Of a stretch of DNA of 62,041 nucleotides, positions 56,905 to 62,041 are shown piece by piece; position 1 is the stretch's first letter; each line of letters begins with the position of its first letter. The position numbers and the translations under genes are program-made. Below the pieces are notes generated by a model, which did not search any database, had not been told where the DNA came from, and was given only the letters and a program-made list of their open reading frames with translations. Where the stretch lies: positions 1 through 62,041 of IMG/VR virus record IMGVR_UViG_3300032270_000816; one strand, 5' to 3'. Source of the stretch: a virus (taxonomy: Duplodnaviria > Caudoviricetes).

Positions 56905-57065
56905 TATTCTCCCCAATACTTGACAATTAGAGTCATGGCAGAGTGTAGATTACAATCGCAATCCCCACCGTTCATATTATCCATGAAATCAAAGTGAGAA
57001 AAGTTGTCCTCATAGATTTCTTCTACTAGTTCGCTTATGGTGTATGGTTTATATGTTGTGGTCAT
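56904..57065 (-). CDS. Leaderless early protein, 53 aa
   Basis: TTGACT-17-AATAAT-6nt-ATG, with DCDC..H. Confidence 0.55.
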   Translation of the reverse strand: MTTTYKPYTISELVEEIYEDNFSHFDFMDNMNGGDCDCNLHSAMTLIVKYWGE

Positions 57066-57185
57066 GTATTAATTATTGCAAATTTCAGGGAAAAAGTCAA
57101 GTCTCTCTTAATAAGGTTTTTATATTAATACAATTAGTTATATGTCCCAAATGTCCAAATTTACTCGGGGCCCCATTTACGCTTG

Positions 57186-57259
57186 CGATCTGTATGGGAC
57201 TTGAACCCACGACCTCTACCGTGACAGGGTAGCGCTCTAACCAACTGAGCTAACAGACC
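57186..57259 (-). tRNA. tRNA-Asp(GUC)
   Basis: Canonical cloverleaf, loop CTGTCAC and G73. Confidence 0.93.
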
Positions 57260-57262
57260 AGA

Positions 57263-57290
57263 GAGCAGTTTTATTTCATGCTCAGGAAAT
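57263..57290 (-). ncRNA. CUGAGCA pseudoknot element, copy C
   Basis: ATTTC-CTGAGCAT-GAAAT-AAAAC-TGCTC, between the DUF932 stop and tRNA-Asp. Confidence 0.65.
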
Positions 57291-57294
57291 TGTA

Positions 57295-58317
57295 TCATGC
57301 TAGTTGCATAACATTCTGTACAACTTTTAGCAAACGATTTTTCTCTGCGTTAATTGCAGGGTCAAATCCGCTTGCACTTGCAAGGATAGATTCGTTAGAA
57401 CCACCTCTTGCTGTGCGGTACCAATCAAGGCGTTCTGTAAGAGCGTTAAACGCACCCCACGCATTACCAGCAATCATGCCGTTAAATTCACCTGTGTAAA
57501 TATCATTTACCATGTCAATTTTATTTTCCCACTTCTTGATTGCACCCTTAGCGTCTTTTTCTGGCTTAGGATAAGCAGCGAGAATAATATCATTGAAAGA
57601 CTTAGCATTGACTTCTTTCTCAAACATAGCCTTAGCCATGATGTCAAATTCGTCCATGTAAGCATTAGCAAGACCAAGAGTCTCACGTGCAATCTGTACT
57701 TTACCATTAGCGGTCTGTGTATGGCGAATCTTGAAAGATTGCTTGATACCCTTGTTCTTCTTGCGACCTACGCCACCAAGAGCAAGGTTAAGAGTGTTAG
57801 CGCATACAACACGAACAGGTGTGATACTTGCTTGAATAGCGATTGAGCCATCGTGTGATGTGTTGATGAGCAAATAAGTCTTTACCTTATCTGCAACACC
57901 GCTAGGGTCTAGGACTGTTTCACGCTCTAGTGCTAATGCACCGAACACAACACGTCCACCCTTGATTGAGCCAGCGGTTTCCCAACGTCCACCACCGTCA
58001 AGAATATTGTCACCGAATGAGAATAAATCTTCATTCTGCATTACGTGATAACGCTCACCAACGACACCAAGAATGTCTGTCTGTGAATTATCTGTAGGGT
58101 TAGTACGCAACACGTACTGATACGCCTTATCTGTAGTTAAGTGTGATGGAATTGGCATATCTTCAAGACGAACATTCCAGCCGTTAAGGTTAGCAGCCTC
58201 TAACATTTCCGCTGTTGTTTTTTCTTCTGTAAAGACAGTACCCAATCCATGCCATGCAGGTTCACGGAAAGAAGCAAAAGATGTCTTACCGTTTTGTATT
58301 TCTAGGTCATGTGCCAT
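57295..58317 (-). CDS. DUF932-family phage protein
   Basis: MAH...REPAWHGLG, LGVVG.RY...QN, WETAGS..GG..VF, SHDGS, TPVRVVCANT, IRHT and WGAFNA.TE..D. Confidence 0.88.
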   Translation of the reverse strand: MAHDLEIQNGKTSFASFREPAWHGLGTVFTEEKTTAEMLEAANLNGWNVRLEDMPIPSHLTTDKAYQYVLRTNPTDNSQTDILGVVGERYHVMQNEDLFSFGDNILDGGGRWETAGSIKGGRVVFGALALERETVLDPSGVADKVKTYLLINTSHDGSIAIQASITPVRVVCANTLNLALGGVGRKKNKGIKQSFKIRHTQTANGKVQIARETLGLANAYMDEFDIMAKAMFEKEVNAKSFNDIILAAYPKPEKDAKGAIKKWENKIDMVNDIYTGEFNGMIAGNAWGAFNALTERLDWYRTARGGSNESILASASGFDPAINAEKNRLLKVVQNVMQLA

Positions 58318-58347
58318 GAGTTTTCTCCTTTTTGTTGTTGAAATTTA

Positions 58348-58431
58348 AGTATAGCAGGACGGGGTGACATATGCAAATCAGGATAGTTAGATGTGTACAA
58401 ATTGGACATTTTTCCTGTGATCTTAAACACC
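58348..58431 (-). promoter_or_regulatory. Early promoter module with TGTCAC box and CRP-like site
   Basis: TTGCAT-17-TATACT, with TGTGA-N6-ACACC at 58416-31. Confidence 0.65.
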
Positions 58432-58485
58432 CTTCTTAAACTTGACAAATGAAAGTTTTGCCCCCCGAGATTTTTGCAATAAAAA

Positions 58486-58610
58486 GTGAACAGTTTAAAT
58501 TCATGTTCAGGAACGGATGCCTCGCTATAGCACTGGCATTACCTCTAGTGGAGCAGTTTACGTGGCCGTGCTCAGGGCCCTTATCCAGTTTAAAGACATG
58601 TGACAGGTCT
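58486..58610 (-). ncRNA. Tandem array of three pseudoknot elements (G 58582-58610, F 58551-58579, E 58486-58513) plus a hairpin
   Basis: AGAC-CTGTCACAT-GTCT..AAACTGGATA; GGCC-CTGAGCAC-GGCC..AAACTGCTC; TTC-CTGAACAT-GAA..AAACTGTTC followed by a T run. Confidence 0.65.
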
Positions 58611-58624
58611 ATGTTCATAGCCCC

Positions 58625-59065
58625 CTATGAAATATTATCCTCCGCATTCAGTGTGCGTGTGTCAACGTTGTAGTCATCAATTGAATAATCAAATGAATCA
58701 ACACTGAATTCAAGAGTGTTAGCAACATCATCAGCGTCAACATCAAACGGTACTTCAATCTCAACTTCAAACTCTACAACTGCATTAACGGTAACTGTCT
58801 TAGTTAATTCAAAATCACAAATCTGTGCAAGGGCTTCTGCAATGTCATGAGACATTGAGTTGTCACCAAGAGATTCAAGAACATATTGTTTTACTGCGTC
58901 CTTGGTGCTTTGGTGTGAACGCTGTTCTGCATATAACTTTTGTGAGTTATCTGATGAACGGTCCTGCAATGAAAGAATCATCGCATCCTTCTTCTCAAGC
59001 GCTTCCTGCAATGCACTAATCTGTGCACTAAGAAACTCTGTTGTTGCTATCTGTACTGCGTCCAT
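58625..59065 (-). CDS. Hypothetical acidic early protein
   Basis: Coiled-coil N-terminus, acidic beta-rich C-terminus and its own promoter. Confidence 0.65.
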   Translation of the reverse strand: MDAVQIATTEFLSAQISALQEALEKKDAMILSLQDRSSDNSQKLYAEQRSHQSTKDAVKQYVLESLGDNSMSHDIAEALAQICDFELTKTVTVNAVVEFEVEIEVPFDVDADDVANTLEFSVDSFDYSIDDYNVDTRTLNAEDNIS

Positions 59066-59100
59066 ATGGGGCCTGCTTCCTGTTGTTTGTTATTAATATA

Positions 59101-59185
59101 AGTCTAGCAGCGGGCCCTGACAAGTGCAACACGTAAACCCAGGAATCTTAAATAATGAGACTTAATGCATGTGAGAAAAATCACA
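59101..59185 (-). promoter_or_regulatory. Early promoter module with TGTCAG box and perfect CRP-like site
   Basis: TTGCAC-17-TAGACT; TCTTA-N5-TGAGA at 59146-60; TGTGA-gaaaaa-TCACA at 59170-85. Confidence 0.7.
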
Positions 59186-59229
59186 CAGCTCGGGGCGCAT
59201 ATTTATGCAGTCACTTGAATAAATATTGG

Positions 59230-59356
59230 TGAGCAGTTTTGGCTCATGCTCAGGAGGTCTGCTTCTTTAGGTCTGCAGTAACCTTGCTCTATAGTATTTC
59301 TATGATCGCCCTAATCAGCCTGGCGAATTGGAGTGGGGCTTTTACACCCCACCCAA
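59230..59356 (-). ncRNA. Structured 3' RNA array: hairpins, a ToxI-like pseudoknot (59259-84) and CUGAGCA copy D (59230-56)
   Basis: GTGGGG/CCCCAC and TCGCC/GGCGA hairpins; AGGT-TACTGCAG-ACCT-AAAGAA-GCAG; CTC-CTGAGCAT-GAG-CCAAAAC-TGCTCA. Confidence 0.6.
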
Positions 59357-59362
59357 CCTCAT

Positions 59363-59785
59363 TTAGAGATAACGAGCAACCGCTTGATAAGTTGATGTAG
59401 AAACTACTTCTTCATCTGTCATCTTTAGGATACGAATTGCGTTTGACATTTCTTCCTTCTGATTACGATATTCGTGGTCGTGCATTGTTACGAAATCACG
59501 CTCAGGTTCAACAGGAAGTGAATCCTTTGATACTGTGAGGTCAAAGTCAATGTTCAATAGATTATTCCATGAACGATAAGAAGTGCGGAAGTTTTCTGCC
59601 TTAGAGATATTCTTGACAGCATAAGCAATAAGTTCCTTCTTATACTTATCATACGACTTTGTGTATTTTGCTTCGTTTGCTTCCTTCTCTGCATAGTCTT
59701 TTTCTAACTTTGCAAGTGCATCTTCTAGTGCCTTGATTACCTTTGGTGTTGCGATTTTAACTGAGATTGCTTTGCTTCTTGACAT
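59363..59785 (-). CDS. Hypothetical early protein
   Basis: AAGGAA SD, own promoter and NAIRILKMTDEEVVSTSTY motif. Confidence 0.7.
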   Translation of the reverse strand: MSRSKAISVKIATPKVIKALEDALAKLEKDYAEKEANEAKYTKSYDKYKKELIAYAVKNISKAENFRTSYRSWNNLLNIDFDLTVSKDSLPVEPERDFVTMHDHEYRNQKEEMSNAIRILKMTDEEVVSTSTYQAVARYL

Positions 59786-59845
59786 GGTGTTCCTTTTCTT
59801 TTGTGGGTTATATTTCTAGTATAGGGGGTGGTACTGACATTAAAG

Positions 59846-59873
59846 TGAGCCTTTTTGTATCTTGCTCAGGATA
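59846..59873 (-). ncRNA. CUGAGCA pseudoknot element, copy B
   Basis: TATC-CTGAGCAA-GATA-CAAAAAG-GCTCA, preceded by an AGTCGC/GCGACT hairpin. Confidence 0.65.
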
Positions 59874-59922
59874 GTTCCTGCCACTTATTTAGAGTCGCTG
59901 TACATTGGCGACTATGAAAGGC

Positions 59923-60084
59923 TTACGCCTTCCAAGTTGTCCAGCGTGGTGTGCCATTGACATCTAACTTAACACGAACTGTGTTCTTGTCTGTTGGCTT
60001 GATTTCCATGATTGTTCCTGTGACCTTTGACTTCTGTGTTGTAAAGAGGTCGCCGACCTTGTATGTTGCTGTTGCTACTGTCAT
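59923..60084 (-). CDS. Small SH3/KOW-like early protein (start ATG 60084)
   Basis: YKVGD..TT..S.VTG.I.EI...VRV.L...RWTT. AAGGAA SD. Confidence 0.65.
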   Translation of the reverse strand: MTVATATYKVGDLFTTQKSKVTGTIMEIKPTDKNTVRVKLDVNGTPRWTTWKA

Positions 60085-60117
60085 TTTGTTTCCTTTTCTG
60101 TAGTTGTTGATATTTCT

Positions 60118-60202
60118 AGTATATCTGAAAAATCTCAGAAATACAAATCGCTCTGCAAATAATCTCATATTTTGAGACATTTTCTGTGTGATATACATCA
60201 CT
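60118..60202 (-). promoter_or_regulatory. Early promoter module with CRP-like site
   Basis: TTGTAT-17-TATACT; TCTCA-N5-TGAGA at 60163-77; TGTGA-tataca-TCACT at 60187-202. Confidence 0.7.
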
Positions 60203-60280
60203 TGTGCCCTAGCCCTGCCCCTAATAGGATAAAGAATAGGATAGTTACTGATAGGATAATTAGGCTAATCATAGTTCCCC

Positions 60281-61003
60281 TCACTTTTTGGTTGCGCTAA
60301 ACACTATATCAGATTTCTCATAAATACACAACTTGCAACTAGCGCAGGCAGACCCTTGCTGTGAGATAAGTGGAATAGCCTTTTTATTCTCAGGGCATTT
60401 AGCCCCAGGCTTTCCTATAAGCTCTTTCATGTCTGCTTGTCCTATTGCAAAATTTTTGGCAAGGTATGCAAGGGATACTCCATGATCTTTTTTAAGTGCA
60501 ATGCCCTCATCTTTATTTTCGCTATCTGTAGAATAATATAAAGATAGATTAGCAATGTCCTTAAGAATAAGTACTGCAGACTTAACACGGGTATATACCC
60601 AGAATTGAATATCTGGATTAAGTGTGATTACGGCTTTCCATGCATAGGCATAAGTGTCGCTAAAGAAATCGCCATCCCAGTGAATGCGGAATAGCATTTT
60701 AGCATTACGCTTTTCGCAATCTTTTCTAAAGTCTGAAATCATTTCATCCAGTAGATTAGCCATGGTTTCTAAATCTGCATTACGCAATAGTTCCCAGTTA
60801 TGAAGTAGATTAACTTTTACAGTTGGGAATACTTTTTCAAGCTTGCCAGCATAGCAAACACTTTCGCATACGCTAGTCGCTCCAGGACATGAGTAAGCCT
60901 TGCCTGCTGGTAATCCAAAGGTGTTGGCGATACTTGCTTGCTTTCCATTAGGTGTGACGGCATTAGCAACTTTCCTATCTTTTGAACGAAGTAATTTTGA
61001 CAT
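60281..61003 (-). CDS. GP88-family (radical-SAM-like) phage protein
   Basis: FGLPAG..SCPGAT..C...CYA, FRIHWDGDFFS, FWVYTR, NLSLY.S.D and C..C..C. Confidence 0.8.
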   Translation of the reverse strand: MSKLLRSKDRKVANAVTPNGKQASIANTFGLPAGKAYSCPGATSVCESVCYAGKLEKVFPTVKVNLLHNWELLRNADLETMANLLDEMISDFRKDCEKRNAKMLFRIHWDGDFFSDTYAYAWKAVITLNPDIQFWVYTRVKSAVLILKDIANLSLYYSTDSENKDEGIALKKDHGVSLAYLAKNFAIGQADMKELIGKPGAKCPENKKAIPLISQQGSACASCKLCIYEKSDIVFSATKK

Positions 61004-61009
61004 GGTGGG

Positions 61010-61150
61010 CTACTCACTTTCTTTCTTTAATTGTAGCAATAGGGACTGACATTTTTTCCTATTGTACTTTTTCTTATTAGGTACTGAAGAGGCAGCATTA
61101 GAACGGCGTAGTTCCATAAGCCTACGCAATTCTTCAGGTGTCTTTTTCAT
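61010..61150 (-). CDS. Leaderless basic 46-aa peptide (ELRRSNAA motif)
   Basis: TTGCAT-17-TAAAAT-6nt-ATG. Confidence 0.6.
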   Translation of the reverse strand: MKKTPEELRRLMELRRSNAASSVPNKKKYNRKKCQSLLLQLKKESE

Positions 61151-61231
61151 ATAATAATTTTAGCAAAAATGTGGGAAAAATGCAAGCTCATCTTAATTGG
61201 TCAATTCGGACATTTTGCCCCGAGCCGTTTT

Positions 61232-61474
61232 TTATTCTTCTGGGTCTATGTATACATATAAATCAATATAAACATCATGTGCAATTGTTATTGTGTCACG
61301 CTCACCATATACATCAACGCAATCAATAAAATAATTATCACCTGTTGAATCAGAATCAATGCTAAGTATTTCATACAACTCACCATCAACCTTGATTAGA
61401 TCATCAACCATCAACGACCCTGGTGTTAATTTATCAGCCCATACTAGTTCCATGGTTTTTATTGTAGCAGGCAT
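61232..61474 (-). CDS. Hypothetical acidic early protein
   Basis: GAGGAG SD, with an SH3-like beta pattern. Confidence 0.6.
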   Translation of the reverse strand: MPATIKTMELVWADKLTPGSLMVDDLIKVDGELYEILSIDSDSTGDNYFIDCVDVYGERDTITIAHDVYIDLYVYIDPEE

Positions 61475-61477
61475 TTA

Positions 61478-61813
61478 TTACTCCTCATCATATTCTAATG
61501 AGAGTGGAAAGTCATCTGAACCATCTTGCCAGTCATCTACAGGTTCAATGAAAGTGTGAAGGTGGTGTTGCTCTACAACTGCGTGTGCAGGTGCCCAAGT
61601 TTGACCCTTGTAGAGAATCTGAAAATCTCCAACCTTTGGCATACCAATCATGCGGTCAAAATCTTCTTCATAGTATGCGTCAATAGCGTCAATGCAAGGC
61701 TTCACCATTTCTGCGGGGACAGGTGGATAGTGATTACCTTTAAGGTGATAGAGAATCTGAGTCTCCAAGTCAAGTACCATTTCTTTAATTCCCAATGCTG
61801 TAACTGAACCCAT
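61478..61813 (-). CDS. Conserved phage early protein
   Basis: HL..NHYPPVP..MV..CIDAIDA...APA.A.VEQHHL..F. GAGGAG SD. Confidence 0.7.
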   Translation of the reverse strand: MGSVTALGIKEMVLDLETQILYHLKGNHYPPVPAEMVKPCIDAIDAYYEEDFDRMIGMPKVGDFQILYKGQTWAPAHAVVEQHHLHTFIEPVDDWQDGSDDFPLSLEYDEE

Positions 61814-61814
61814 A

Positions 61815-61955
61815 TTATTTCTCCTCTATATCTGCGACATATACATCGCTGCGGTTAATATTTCCATATTTTAAGTTATTGTCAAACGCTTCTATTGCTG
61901 AGTCATAGTCTTTAGCCTTTATATCTATGAAAGTGGTAAATTGAAATACTGGCAT
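61815..61955 (-). CDS. Small early protein, 46 aa
   Basis: AGGGGG SD. Reads MPVFQFTTFIDIKAKDYDSA.... Confidence 0.5.
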   Translation of the reverse strand: MPVFQFTTFIDIKAKDYDSAIEAFDNNLKYGNINRSDVYVADIEEK

Positions 61956-62041
61956 TACTTACCCCCTACATTTCCGTTGCGATAAAAGATTTTGGTGTGC
62001 ATTTTGCCATTAGGCTCTGAGAAATTGATAGTTGCATATTC

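Noticed and set aside
57186-57259. tRNA as a prophage attachment site or host boundary
   Set aside because: No integrase, no duplicated tRNA 3' end, and phage-type genes lie on both sides.
58486-58610. Pseudoknot repeats as a mini-CRISPR array
   Set aside because: The units differ in sequence, spacers are irregular (about 1-37 nt), and conservation is structural rather than identical.
58436-58673. ORFs 58436-58618 (-) and 58449-58673 (+)
   Set aside because: They overlap the structured RNA array, lack a convincing SD and look like chance frames.
57263-59873. Pseudoknot elements as preQ1-I riboswitches or hammerhead ribozymes
   Set aside because: They lie downstream of stops rather than in 5' leaders and lack the preQ1 loop/tail consensus. 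There is no CUGANGA...GAAA three-stem hammerhead core.

Overview
This window is part of a large, AT-rich (by eye mid/high-30s % GC), apparently lytic tailed dsDNA phage. The host is most likely an actinobacterium, probably a freshwater acI/Nanopelagicales-type cell. That inference rests on a WhiB gene, host-style secreted surface proteins and pervasive leaderless genes. Layout from left to right: tail-fibre genes (0.1-5.5 kb); a replication/recombination block with DnaB, primase, SSB, DnaE, RecA, and Cas4-like and RuvC-like nucleases (6-17.5 kb); terminase (17.8-20.1 kb); a cell-surface module with an S-layer-like protein, a stalked membrane protein and small membrane proteins (20.1-25.1 kb); Ntn protease, Hsp20, endolysin, thioredoxin and WhiB (25-32.6 kb); a glycan synthesis/tailoring cluster (32.6-44 kb); 6 tRNAs; five 2OG-Fe(II) oxygenases and many leaderless mini-genes (43-53 kb); a repeat-rich non-coding origin candidate (53.1-53.85 kb); and leftward early genes (53.9-62 kb). 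The most novel signal is a family of 7 small H-type pseudoknot RNA elements with fully covarying stems (stem-CUGAGCAN-stem-AAAC-UGCUC). They lie downstream of genes, and some are arrayed in tandem with other hairpins and a ToxI-like pseudoknot. Other notable signals are a non-canonical TGTCA-N10-(-10) promoter class, CRP-like boxes at fixed spacing and a ROSE-like thermometer on hsp20. Product calls come from motif recognition by eye, and no database searches were run.
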